64,000 nucleotides of DNA, from assembly GCA_023205875.1 (NCBI GenBank), contig CP060760.1, forward strand, positions 558,001 through 622,000. Direction: 5' to 3'. The notes below the pieces were generated by a model. The model had not been told where the DNA came from and searched no databases. It was given only the letters and a program-made list of their open reading frames with translations. Both the position numbers and the translations under genes were made by a program. This DNA is from Chloropicon primus. Its lineage: Eukaryota. Positions 1 through 11,295 of this stretch are shown piece after piece (the stretch's first letter is position 1; each line of letters starts with the position of its first letter).

Positions 1-579
1 ATACGTCTCCGCGATGCATTTCAAGTGATAGACGCTCTCTTGAATGCGATGGTTCCGCACGGCATCGAGCGCCAGCTCGACCACCTGTTCCATCGTATCC
101 TCTCCCTCCCTCTCTACGGTGCTCCTGCTTCGCTTCGGTTCCCTCTTCTCCCTCGACGATTTCGCTCGACTAGGGCGCCAACTCACGCAAATTAAGAGCG
201 TAAGGGGTCGTTCGAAAGGTAAGAGAAAGCAACTTCACGACGTCACGACCCCGTTACCATTCCTACGCCACTTCTTCGACACCTTCCGCCTCCTCCACGA
301 CGGGTGTCGGGGCGATCGATGGATCGACGACTGCTGCCAGCAGCCACCGTCTCCTCCAAAACTGCATCTCATCCCACGGACAAGTTCTGTCTTGGATTAC
401 TGCACCCAGGGTGAGACTTGCTGGAACTTTTTGACGGTGAGGGAGACGAGTGGGTGAGAAGGAGCGAGAATCAGGGGGAACCACTGCGTCTGTATCTTTC
501 GATCGTGTCCTCTCTCGAGCGATTTGATGACCTGGTGAGGATCTTAGCCTTTGATTAACTTTGACACTACAGCAGGGAG

Positions 580-1401
580 ATGTCTTCGACGTCCAACGGA
601 CGAGGGGGTCAAGTGAGGTTCACGACGTACTCTCACCGAGCGGTGTACGACCCGAACAATCCTAGTGCGTCATGCGAGTACGAGAGCTTCTCGAGGGGTA
701 TAAGGGAAGGAGAGCCGGGTCCTGCAAGCGGCCAAGGCAGAGGCAAAGTCATCATATCCGAGACGCACAGGACGTATTCAGACTTAGCTGGGTACGAGAG
801 ACTCGGCCTTGCGAGGACGGTGAGTGGGTCAAGCGAGGGAGGGAGGCTTCCCTGACCTCTTGCCGCCGAAATGCTCTGCAAAACAAACACTAACAAGCCA
901 TGCTTTGTCGACCTGTCTGCCACGTGCCAGCTTGGAGAACAAGGGCAAAGCGTCACGAGAGAGAGGTTTGCGAGCGGGGAGGAGCGCACCTCCCAGTCCT
1001 TTGCGTCTCTTGATGCCTCGAATGCCTCGGCATTCGATAGAAGCTGGCAGGAGCACGCGGCATCCCGTGGCCTGGATCGGATCCAGTTCCTCAAGGGCTC
1101 CTCGGCGACGAGGGAGCAGATTCAACAGCAGCAGCGTCGAGGGAGGGCCGTGCAGTCGGAAGAGGAGAGGGAGATCGCTCGAAGGGGGCGGGAGATGTTC
1201 AATCAGCACACGGAGCGCATCGTGAGGCAGGCGAGGGAACTGGGAGGAACAGCCAGGACAAGCAGAGCGAGCGCCAGGCAGGGGCAAACTCAAACTGGTT
1301 CTAGAGGTTTACCAGCAGCTAGCAACGCGGGGGGCCAGTCGCAAGATGAAAGACAAGCCAGGGAGTGGGCGAGGCAAGAAGCCCAGCGCTTCTGGAGTTG
1401 A
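580..1401 (+). CDS. Myeloid leukemia factor (MLF)-like protein, 2 exons (580-819, 931-1401)
   Basis: Intron 820-930 (GTGAGT...CACTAAC...CAG) joins two ORFs in frame to give ETHRTYSDLAGYERLGLARTLGEQGQSVTRER...SQSFASLDASNASAFDRSWQ, which resembles the MLF core. Confidence 0.6.
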
Positions 1402-1479
1402 CTCTGCTGGTTACGGTTTTTGCTTTTTTTTTTTTTTTTTTTTTTTTTACATGTTGTTGTAGTACAGAAAAGAAGAACT

Positions 1480-2563
1480 TCAGGCTTCCTGCTTGACCGT
1501 GATGGTGTCCCACCAGTCCGGAATGAGTGACTTGGCTTCCTGCTGAATCGTCGTCAGGGCGGACCGTATTGCGGAGGTGGATGCTCCAGTGTGGCTGCTG
1601 ATTGTGTTGATGTGGATGAAAGTATCGTCCTTGGAGATCTGAGTCACGTACATCAGGATGCCTCCAGCAATGGAGATGGGACTCTTCCCGTCCCACAACT
1701 TGGAGTGGCCCTTGTCCGACGCGATCTTGGCCATGTGCTTGGCGAGCCTCGTGCCGGCCTGGCTGATCTCCAAGCTCTTGGAAAACCTATCGATGTAGTC
1801 AGAGGGCTTGACAGTCTCCATCTCATTGTGCCTGATGCCAAGCTTGTTCACAATCACTTTGAAGCACCTCATGATGATCACCATGTGCGTGTCTTTCGAG
1901 ACGGCGGTGATCTCCTTGAAAGTTCTCGGACACTTTTCAATTCTGCAAGCCACGTAGATGCAAGCCGCGCACGCTTCATGGAGCTTCCGTTCCTTCAAGT
2001 GCTTCTCCGCCTTGCTGAAGATCTCGCAGGCCCTGTCCTTGACCGTGTTCGCGAGCCTCAGATTGTTGCACATCTCTGTGATTGCCTGGAAACCCTGTTT
2101 AAGCCGCTTGTTCGGGTCCTGGAAACGCAAGCACCAACACGACACCGATTCGATCGATCGATCGTCAATAAACAACGATGCCACCACCACCAGCGCGAAG
2201 GACGCCGCGGCAACTTACCTTGAGCGAGCCCTGGGCCCTCGCGAGGTGCAGCATCCCAGGTTGAAGCTGGATGCTGACAGAAGTGTCGATTCCACCGTCT
2301 TCCAACAGAGGGTTGCCCGCTGGTCCTGCCCTCTCCTTCGAGCCCTTGTCATCCTCAAAGGACCGCCACTCAGCGCTCTCGTCCACCCGGTTCCCCTCTT
2401 TCACCAACCCACAGTTCGTGCAAATCAAATCCCCTGAAGCCGAGTCATCCACGAAAGTGTCAGCCCCGCAGTCCCTGCAGGTATCCGGCACGACGTTCTT
2501 GCTCTTCCTCTTCTTCGACCCACCACCACCACCACCACCAGGCACCCTGCTCGTCGCAAGCAT
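1480..2563 (-). CDS. TFIIB: Transcription initiation factor IIB, intron 2119-2218
   Basis: Zn ribbon CRDC...GDLICTNCGLV, B-reader VDESAEWRSF, cyclin repeats (AACIYVACRIEKCPRTFKEI; GKSPISIAGG); start codon uncertain. Confidence 0.93.
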
Positions 2564-3220
2564 CTGTCTCCAGGAAGCGCGCGCCTCCTGTGGTTTGTCC
2601 CTGACGTGGATGCCCAGGGGAAGACACCACACCTCTTCAACAAACTTTTGTCCAACACCCAGAGCGCCAAACGCGTCAAGCGACCTACCAAACGCAAGCC
2701 CGTGAGACGACCTTTCGCTCAGGTACCCTCCCCTCCTCCTCTCCTCGTCTCCCTCGCCGCCACCGTCCTCGACAAGGTGGCCCCCCGTCGAATACTTTTT
2801 CCTTTCCCTCGCGTCCTTCCCAGCTTCGTTTCCTCGACCACTCCGTGCACCAAACGCGCCGAGTAAACGATCAATGGAAAGCCCGGGAGACGTAGTTTCG
2901 CTCCGTTCACCTCGTTTCCTATTCCCGCCCTCGACCTTCCTTGCGTTTCCTTCGTTGTGTCCCTCTCTCTCGCGCGCGCAGCGCAGCGCCAAACCCAAAG
3001 CGGTGCTCGAGAGAGAGAGAGAGAGAGAGCAGAGGGGGAGAGGTGTCGGGGGTTGAGACGAGGGCGAGGAGGACGGAGGGGGTGAGGGAGTGAGGCGAAA
3101 GGTTTCGTCGCGAGTTTTGGATTGGTTACCTCGGTCGACGGGTTTGTTTTGTTTTGGGAGGGAGAGGACGGGGAGAGGACGGGGAGGGAAAGGCAGGAGA
3201 GGTGGGGTTGAGGTTGAAGG

Positions 3221-4045
3221 ATGGAGGAGGAGGGAGGGAAGAGGGTGGAGAGGGTTCGGGTTGACAAGTCCGGACGGCAGCTGTGGCTCGTCAAGGTACC
3301 GAAATCGGTGGACAAAGTCTGGAGGACGACGATGGAGGAGGCCGGCGACGGGGAAGGGATAGAGGTTGGGGAAGTCACGATCATTCAGAGCGACCAAGGG
3401 CAAGAGAGCACGAGCGCCGGGCAATTCAAGCTGGACCTGAGCGAGAGGCCCGGGTCAGACCGGATTCCACTGCATTACACGATGATTCCCTCGGTTTCCT
3501 CCGGGCAGGAGCTTATGTGCATGCACGCTCTCGCGCAGGACAGGGGAGCGGCGAGTGCCGGAGAGGCGACGAACCCAGCGATAGAGGGGCGAGTTGGCCA
3601 GCAGTTTGCCCTGCAGCCGAAGATGGGTCGCGAGTATTTCGCGATGTCGAGGCAGCGCTCGAAGCAGCAAGCCGGCGTGAGCGGAGGCGTGAGCAAGCCG
3701 AGGGTCATCAGCAGGGTTCACTTGAGCGACACCAGCGTCGTGCAGATGAGCAAGGAAGCCGTGCCGCTCCCCGTGTCGTACGTGGGAGGAGCCAAGTACA
3801 AGAGGGAGCATGGAAGGAAGCAGTCGGACTACAAGAGGGTCAAGATGGAAAACAAGGAGTCTCTCATGAACTGGCTGTTCGAGCTGTTCCAGAGGGAGCC
3901 GTACTGGCGCTTCGACGCCATTCAGAAGACGACGAATCAGCCCACGCGATTCCTCATGGACGTCCTGAGGGAGGTTGCCACCAAGGTGTTGGACGGCGAT
4001 CACCGTGGCAAGTGGGAGCTGAAGGACAAGTACAGGTCGTCCTAA
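3221..4045 (+). CDS. Transcription factor IIF beta subunit (RAP30/Tfg2)
   Basis: N-terminal LWLVKVPK motif; C-terminal winged helix LFELFQREPYW...TNQP..FL..VL.EVA...GKWELKDKY. Confidence 0.88.
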   Translation: MEEEGGKRVERVRVDKSGRQLWLVKVPKSVDKVWRTTMEEAGDGEGIEVGEVTIIQSDQGQESTSAGQFKLDLSERPGSDRIPLHYTMIPSVSSGQELMCMHALAQDRGAASAGEATNPAIEGRVGQQFALQPKMGREYFAMSRQRSKQQAGVSGGVSKPRVISRVHLSDTSVVQMSKEAVPLPVSYVGGAKYKREHGRKQSDYKRVKMENKESLMNWLFELFQREPYWRFDAIQKTTNQPTRFLMDVLREVATKVLDGDHRGKWELKDKYRSS

Positions 4046-4221
4046 CACGCCTCGCTGTGTGCACAGAGAGAGAGAGAGAGAGAGAGAGAGGGGAGAGGGA
4101 CTTTGAGGGACTTTGAGGAAGCGAAAGGTGAAGGAAAGACGCCTAAAATATATATGTAGTGAAGTGGAAACACGCGCTCCCACTTGCTTGGTACTCGCAG
4201 GGTCGTCCTTACTGGTAACGA

Positions 4222-5723
4222 TTACTGATCCAGGTTGCTCCCGAAAACGATGGGGTGGCAGCTCAGGTCCCGGAGGTTGACCAGCACGCACGTCTGCTTC
4301 TCCGCGAAGGAGGGGAGGGAGATCAGCCTCACCCTTTGGCCTTCCTTGCCCTCCGCGATCCCGGTCTCCAGGCTCGGCTGGTTGCCGGCAAAGTACACGT
4401 GGGGGCAGTCCTTGAGGACGAACGGGTCCTGGTCCACGAAAGGAAAGCAGGGCAGGGTGTCCGGGGCGGTTGGGGCGGAGTGGCACCACTCCAGGGTGGC
4501 GGCCATCGCTCCCAGCCTGTCCTCGTGCGCGACGTACTTCATCACGTCGTCGATGTTCTGGCCGCTCGTTCCCAGGAAGCTCACCCCGTCCACCTCAAAG
4601 CCGTGGGGGTTGGTCACCCTCCCCACGTTGGAGTAGCAGGTGGTGCTAGGCAGGAGGCACCTGTGCAGGGGCTGCTGAGGCATGGACACGTTGCAGGGAT
4701 CGGTGGGGCCCGGCATGACGTCGACCGGCATGCTCGACGCGATCTGGGTCAGGAACATGTCCGCCTCCCTGAGCCCCCCGACGCCCCGGCTCGCCTCCCT
4801 CTTGTCCTCCCCCATGGGGACCTGGCCCACCTCCTTGAGGGTGTTCCCCACCACGACCATCCTCGTGATCTTTCCCGCCAGCCCGTCGTAGTCCCCGAGC
4901 GCCCCCGTCACGTAGTCCGCCAGCAGCTGCAGGGGGAGGGGGTCCCGCTTCTCGTCCCCAAGCCCGAGGCCCGACACCAGGGCCACGTACTTGGCCTCCG
5001 AGTCCGGGACGACGGGCTCCTGCCTCGCCGGCCCGGGAAGGCAGACCTCCTTCACCACGAAGTTGCCCCCCTCCTCCTCCGTGCCCCTGACCGCGACGCA
5101 CACGCCCGAGACGAAGTCCGCCGGGTCGAGAGAGTCGCCCTTGCACCCCAAGTTCATCCTCGCCCCCTCGTCCTCCAGCACGAGAGTGTCGTCGCCAGAG
5201 ACGAACTTGGTCGAGGCCAGGTGCGTCTCCAGGCTCTTGTCCTTGGCGTACTCGTCCAGGACGCTCGGCTTCAGCTTCATGTTCTTGTACACCGTCCCGA
5301 CCACCGCGCACTCCACCCCGAGCTCCACCTCCAGGATCTTCCTCACCGGCACGGTGGGCCACTTGGCCTTCACCTTGTCCAAGACCAGCGGCGAAAGGTT
5401 CTGCAGCCTCTGGAAGTACAGGTGAGCGTACTGCTTGTTGTACACCCTGTCTCCCACGAGGTACGCGTCGTCCCGGCACTTGTAACTCCCGCGGGAGCGC
5501 TCCACGCCGCCGCCTTCGACATCATCAGCCTGTGACAGACCGAGGATGGCCAAGTCAGAAAGCGTTCGTGTTGGAGAGAGAGGGAGAGAGGGAGAGAGGG
5601 AGGGAGAGGGGGGGAGGGTCTCACCTGGGTGGTCGTGGCGAAGGGAAGGTCGGCGGCGGTCCTTGACCCCGCCTCCTCACGCACGACTTGGGTGTGAAAG
5701 AGCCTCGCGCTCGCGCCGGTCAT
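4222..5723 (-). CDS. POLD2: DNA polymerase delta small subunit, intron 5530-5624
   Basis: QYAHLYFQRL, LEDEGAR, MPGPTDP, PQQPLH, GTSGQN, APTAPDTL, CPHVYFAGNQ; upstream exon joins in frame. Confidence 0.95.
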
Positions 5724-5915
5724 GGTGGTTTGTGATTTTTGGAGAGGAAAAAAAATGGCGGGAATTTCATCGCAAGAGAAACGTCATGTTCTTGTACACC
5801 ACCGAAAGTCCGTGGGCTTGAACGAGAATTCTCGAGGCACACTCACACCCTACGCACCACACGCACCACACACTTCGCTTCGGGTCGCTTCGTTTCGGTG
5901 GTGTGACATCACACC

Positions 5916-6803
5916 ATGAGGCCTGGGTGTGGCGTGTTCGTGCTGGACACGAGCCCGTGGTCGGGCGTCCGAGACCAGAGGCTGAACATTGGGGGGCGCG
6001 AGGGGGTCGAGACGAGGCTGGCGAGCGAGGTGGTGTCGATGAAGCTCCTGTGCAGCTCCTGGATGCCTCAGAGGGTGGGGGTTGTGCACATGGGGGCCTC
6101 CAATGCGTCCTGGGGGCTGGAGCCCACGACGCATTGGAGGTCCACGGACGACCCGGGGCTGGTCGAGGAGAACCCCGCGCTGGAGCTGGGCCTCCTCCAC
6201 CGCTACGGGGCGAGCTCGGAGCCCGGACCCCCGCCGGGGGCGCCGGACCCCCGCCGGATCTCGAGGGCCCTCCGCCTCGGCCTGGAGGCTCTGAGGGCCC
6301 AGGACGGGTGGAAGCAGATCACGGTGCTCCTCTGCAGCCCGCTTCCGGGCCTGGGGGAGACGGAGGCAGACCTCCTGGCGGTGTTGCGGGAGCTGCGGGA
6401 GAACGGGGTGGAGACCGACTTTGTCCTCCACCCGAGCGTGTACAGCCCGAGCTTCGACCAGATTCTGAAGTTGCAGCAGGAGAGCCCGACCCCGAGCCCG
6501 GAGTCGTCGGGCGACGAGGGCGGCGACCGGGTCGACCGCATCAGGAGCGCGGACGGGGACGTGGAGACCCTGAGCAGCGTGTTCGGCCTCGACCTGCGAA
6601 ACAACCTGGTGCAACAGAATTTCGTCAAGACCCTCGCGCTGTACGGCGACCAGTACTTTAGCGGGGTATCCGAGCGAGCGAACCTGCTCACGAATTGGAG
6701 CATGTGCTTCCCGGAGTTCGATCCCACACAGAGCATGCCGCACGTCGTCCAGATGTACCCGTGGCTCGGCACGCTGAGTGAACCCCCCCCCCCCGAGAAC
6801 TGA
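5916..6803 (+). CDS. Hypothetical protein, possible vWA-like domain (Ku N-terminal-like)
   Basis: 295-aa ORF with coding-like composition; VFVLDTS and RVGVVHMG strands suggest a vWA fold; ends just after a C12 run. Confidence 0.5.
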   Translation: MRPGCGVFVLDTSPWSGVRDQRLNIGGREGVETRLASEVVSMKLLCSSWMPQRVGVVHMGASNASWGLEPTTHWRSTDDPGLVEENPALELGLLHRYGASSEPGPPPGAPDPRRISRALRLGLEALRAQDGWKQITVLLCSPLPGLGETEADLLAVLRELRENGVETDFVLHPSVYSPSFDQILKLQQESPTPSPESSGDEGGDRVDRIRSADGDVETLSSVFGLDLRNNLVQQNFVKTLALYGDQYFSGVSERANLLTNWSMCFPEFDPTQSMPHVVQMYPWLGTLSEPPPPEN

Positions 6804-6815
6804 GAGTTATTTAAG

Positions 6816-6974
6816 GCCAAGCGCGGCGGCCCTCCATTTTTCCCTTTAGGAAGGCCGGACCCCGCGCGCGCACACACACACAAGAGAAAAAAATGCCAAG
6901 CGCGGCGGCCCTCCATTTTTCCCTTTAGGAAGGCCGGACCCCGCGCGCGCACACACACACAAGAGAAAAAAATG
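6816..6974. repeat. Perfect 79-bp tandem duplication (2 copies)
   Basis: GCCAAGCGCGGCGGCCCTCC...CAAGAGAAAAAAAT starts at 6816 and again at 6895. Confidence 0.95.
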
Positions 6975-6997
6975 GACTTTTCATTATAAACACGTGA

Positions 6998-7900
6998 CTA
7001 CGTTCTGGTCAAGATGCCCCCCGTCTTCATCTCCCACACGTCGTCCGCGATCCCCTGAAGCATGTCCGTGTCGTGGGAGACCACGAGCACGGCGCTGGTC
7101 TCCTTGACGCTCTCCAAGGTGCAGCACAGGGCCTCGATGCTGGGCATGTCCATCCCCGCCGTGGGTTCGTCCAGCAGCAGCACCGAGGGCTTCCGCAGGA
7201 GCTGCACCGCGATGGCCACCCTCCGCTGGTACCCTCCGCTGAGCTGAGTGAGCTTCCTGTCCAGCGGCATGTCGCTCAAGCCAGTCACCTTGAGGACGGG
7301 CACGAGCCTCTTCACGAACTCCGATCTGGCCTCCACCCTGCTGGAGTGCCGCCAACCGAAGCTCAGCTCCTCCATGATCGTGTTCCCCACAAAGTACCGC
7401 TCCGGGAACTGGAAGACCACCCCGACGTCCCTCGGCGTTCCCGTCTTGCCCCGCCCGTTCCCGTTCCCGTTCCCCAAAGCCTTCGACGGCAGGAGGGTCA
7501 CCTCCCCGTCGTACGACGTCGAGAACCCCGCCAGAACGTTCAGCAGCGTCGACTTCCCTGACCCGCTCGGCCCGTAAATCAATCCTATCCTCCCGGGGGA
7601 GAGATCGAAGTTCACTCCGTTCAGAAGCGGCTTCTCCGCGCTCGCGGGCCGATACGTCAAGCCACGGACCTCCAGCACCGAGGCGCCGACGCAAGCCCCG
7701 CGGCCGCTTCCGAGGGCAAGGCCCCGGCGGGGACTCGAACTCCCAACGGCCCCTGCCTTCCTCGCCATCGCGGCACCCATCAGAGCTCCTCCACTGCCTC
7801 CTCTCTCGGGCGGAAGACTTCCGCGGGGAGAAGTCGTCGCCGTCCGGCTGGCGGACCTTCTCAGGGCATTCCTCGCGCTGCGACAGGACGGGCCACCCAT
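6998..7900 (-). CDS. ABCI-family (ECF-type) ABC ATPase with transit peptide
   Basis: Walker A GPSGSGKS, Q-loop VFQFPERYF, signature LSGGYQRRVA, Walker B LLLDEP, H-loop VVSHD. Confidence 0.9.
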   Translation of the reverse strand: MGGPSCRSARNALRRSASRTATTSPRGSLPPERGGSGGALMGAAMARKAGAVGSSSPRRGLALGSGRGACVGASVLEVRGLTYRPASAEKPLLNGVNFDLSPGRIGLIYGPSGSGKSTLLNVLAGFSTSYDGEVTLLPSKALGNGNGNGRGKTGTPRDVGVVFQFPERYFVGNTIMEELSFGWRHSSRVEARSEFVKRLVPVLKVTGLSDMPLDRKLTQLSGGYQRRVAIAVQLLRKPSVLLLDEPTAGMDMPSIEALCCTLESVKETSAVLVVSHDTDMLQGIADDVWEMKTGGILTRT

Positions 7901-8678
7901 CGTGCCGGGTCCCTCGGTCCCGCTGCTCTTCGCCAGGTCTCCCCTCTCGCGACCGACCGACGAGGCGCACAAGACCTCTCTCTGTGGGCCACAAGAGCGT
8001 TATCCGATCCAGTCCAGTCCAAAGGTGGAGGAGGGAGCCAGGCCAATGCGGGGGGGGGAGGGGGCATGCTGGGCACAGGTGGCCACATCACGACCTCCTC
8101 ATCCCCTTCCTCCTCTTTCCTTCCAAGCAGGAAGCTGCTCACCCTCAACTGGATCGATGCAAGGGGTAGTAGGATGATGCAAAGGGGTGAGGTGGGTTGT
8201 GGTGAACCTTGAGATGATGGTGGCGCTGGAAGTTTGGTTCGATCAGGGTGACGGACGCTCTCCCTCCCCATCCCCCGCTTTCTCGGTGCCGGGTGGTGCC
8301 AGTGCCCTCCTTGGGAGGCCAGGGAGCGACGCGATGGAGGGAGAATACGACAGCGACAACGACAACGACAACGACGGGCGTGTGTGTGTGTGTGTGGGTG
8401 TGTGGAAGCCCAGCTGGGGAGGCAGCGATGGGATTGAGGGACGACCCACTGCTTTCCCACAATCACTCCAATTGCTGGTCCAATTCACCTTGGGTCTCGG
8501 AGAACAACCAGTCCGGTGTGGAGAGGCGAGGACGTCGTGCCCACCCGGCGTTCGAGTAGGCGGGGACCAAGCTTCTTTCTCGCGAGGGGGATGGAGGGCG
8601 TGCAGATGCGCGCGCACGCCGATGCCTGCATACTTCCTACAAATCGATGAACCACCTTCTGATTAACACAAAGAATTA

Positions 8679-9225
8679 TTACAGCTGTTCCAGAACAATC
8701 TGAGCAGAGGTTTGGAGCGCCATTCGTTCACGTTCAAGCAGCAGAGGAAGAGAGAAAGAGGAGGCCGGATTGTGTCAATTCAGTGCTCGGCTTCGCCACG
8801 AGCCGCAGTAGCAGTCGAAGAGGCCGGAGAAAGGGACTCACCTGTGAGCAAAACCCGCAAAGCTTCACCTCACTATACAAGTGCGTCGGCTTATAGTCTC
8901 GAAGTTTCCTCTTGGCTGCTTCGACTCCGAACTCGGCCAAGATGGAAAGAACGCACTTCCTCGTGGCGACGCCTGGCAGGTTCTCTATCAGAAACCACAA
9001 CTGCGTTGGCGAGCGCGCAGCAGCAGCAGCAGCAACAGGAGGACCCAATAGAAGAATGGAATAGAAGCAGACATCACGACGAGCGTCAGTTCGCTTCTTC
9101 TTTTGTGTTCCCACCATGGGGAAACTCAAGTTTGCTTTTCCACTTACCCCGCAAAGCTCACACTGCTTGATAGGCTTCGCCGTGTGCAGTCTCTTCTCAA
9201 ACCAGGGGCCCTTCTCCTTGTTCAT
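8679..9225 (-). CDS. Small (85 aa) 3-exon CxxC...CxxC putative zinc-binding protein; exons 9225-9148, 9000-8842, 8699-8679
   Basis: Donors GTAAGT and GTGAGT with CAG acceptors, all phase 0; product MNKEKG...CELCG-LWFLIENLPGV...LYSEVKLCGFCSQ-IVLEQL*; an extra 5' exon is possible. Confidence 0.65.
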
Positions 9226-11295
9226 CTTGGACCACCTCTCTTCACTCGATTTGCCAGGAGCACAATCGTCTTTCAGAACCCAATGGCCATCAAATTATGG
9301 ATAGGACCGGCTGCCTCTGTGAAGCCAAGAGAAGAGCGAACGACTTGGTCGTCTTGCCTTGTCTCCCGTGTCCAGCAACCCAGAGGCGAGAAGAGATGAA
9401 CCAGCAGCAGGAGCAACAGCAGCAGGATGACTTGACTGGGCAAAGATGGTGATGTCAAAGAAAGAGAAAGGAAGAGAGAGAGAGAAGAAGAGGAAAGGGG
9501 AGAGGGGAGTTCTTCTTCAGTGTTCTTCCGTTTGGGTTAACACCGAAAAAAACGATTCTTTGTCTTTCCTTCCCCTTCCTCTCTCCGGGATCGAAGGACG
9601 TTGACCTTCCCCCTGGAGTCAATTAGAATGGTTTTAGGGAGGCGGGTGTTGTTCTTCCCTGTCTGGTTCTCGTGAAAGGCCAAGGAGAGTGCCTTCTTCT
9701 TCTTCTCCTTCTTCTCTCCCTTTGCTTTGGTATCCTCGTCATCATTAGGAGGCCTTCCCTCTCACAAAAGGTCTACTACACGACCACGCCACTTCCTGGA
9801 GGAGGGAGTGGCAAAACAAAACGTGCCTCTTTCCCGGTCAGAGGAAGGGGCTCAAGACGGAGCTAAGGAGAGGGGAACGACAAACGACAAAACGACAAAA
9901 GGGGAGAGAACCGAACAACGCGAACAATAATCCTGGCCTGTTAATTGAAGCCCAAGACGATTTTTTTTCTCCAAGATCCTAGGGTTTTTTCTCCTTCCTC
10001 CTCTTCCTTCTTTCCCTTGTGCTGCAAGAGTCTTTTGCCTGTAACGTTTGATCCCCATCGAGGTAATAAAGGTACGCACCTCGTCTTGCTGTTGTATCCA
10101 TCTCCTCTTCGCCCTTGCTTTTCCTCTCCCTCCTTCCCGAGTCCTGCAGAAGGACTTGACTCCTTCATGCATGACCCTCTCTCCTCTTTGTGTTTTCCAT
10201 CGTAAAACCATCGCAGGATTTTTTCACTCCCCTCTCTTGAGGCCTTCTTTGTCAAAGAACAAGAACAAGAACAAGAACAAGAGAAAGGAGAAAGGAGAAG
10301 TCTTCGGCTTCCTCTTTTCCTTTTCCTTTGATTGTCTTCACGAACACGAACACAAAGTTGTGTGTGTGTGTGTTTCCCCTTGCTCTGGGTCTTTCACTAA
10401 TCCCTTTGTCTTCACGAAAGAAAGAAAGAAAGAAAGAAAGGAGTCTTCCTGGGAACCCACGAAACAACAGGGTCGTTCGTTCGTCGTTGTTGTTGTTTCC
10501 TGTCTTCGTCTGTGTTTCTTTGTTTTCTTCTCTTTCTTCTCTTTCTTTCTTTCTTTCTTTCCCTTGAAAGAACCCTTGGCCTCCTCCCTTTGTGTGTCAG
10601 AGACCAACAGCGGCAGGCGTTGTATCAGTCCGTGTTACAAACCGACTGGCGCCTTGCGACTGTCAGCAACACAGGGGAACACGGAGCAGCGGAGCTCAAA
10701 GACGTCAAGTAGCGTCTGAGCCCTTGCTTTTGTGACGCAGTCAAACCAAGGGCATTATTCGATACCGAAGCCTTGGAGAATTTACGACCCCCAAAAAGAG
10801 TGAGTGTTGCAACTGAAGCCGCTTTTGACAGCCTGCCTTTGTCAAAAGGCTTGCCCATTGTTGTGAATTTGGAAGCCCAAAGCGACGGGGAGGGAGGACC
10901 TGCTCGCCGTGCAGAGGGAGAGACTTTTGCGAAATTGCAAAGGAGTCTTGCGAATTATATATACGCGCGTGTTCTGACTTTTTTTGCGGTGTTCGTGGTC
11001 CTATTCTGCACCTTTTTTTTACCAGCTTGTCTTTTGTTCGTGACACGGGCAGTGACCGACCGACCCGGAGACAAAGCGAGGGAGGGAAGCGCCTGTGACT
11101 ATGCTACACGAGTAGCCCGCTAGACAATTTGTTGAGAGCGAGCAGGACAAGGCCAACAACCTCTGGCATCTTTTCTCGGGACCAAACTCTTGTGTGATCA
11201 GGTCAAAGGGAAGAGAGACATCAAGGTTTTGTTGGTTGCTTGTGTATATATAGAGAGAGAGCGAGAGAGGACTTGAGAGAGAGAGAGAGACAAGC

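Noticed and set aside
6816..6974. Possible CRISPR-like repeat
   Set aside because: Only two adjacent identical units with no spacers; eukaryotic context and no cas genes
7980..8666. Short ORFs between the ABC ATPase and the CxxC gene
   Set aside because: Low-complexity, microsatellite-derived translations without coding signatures
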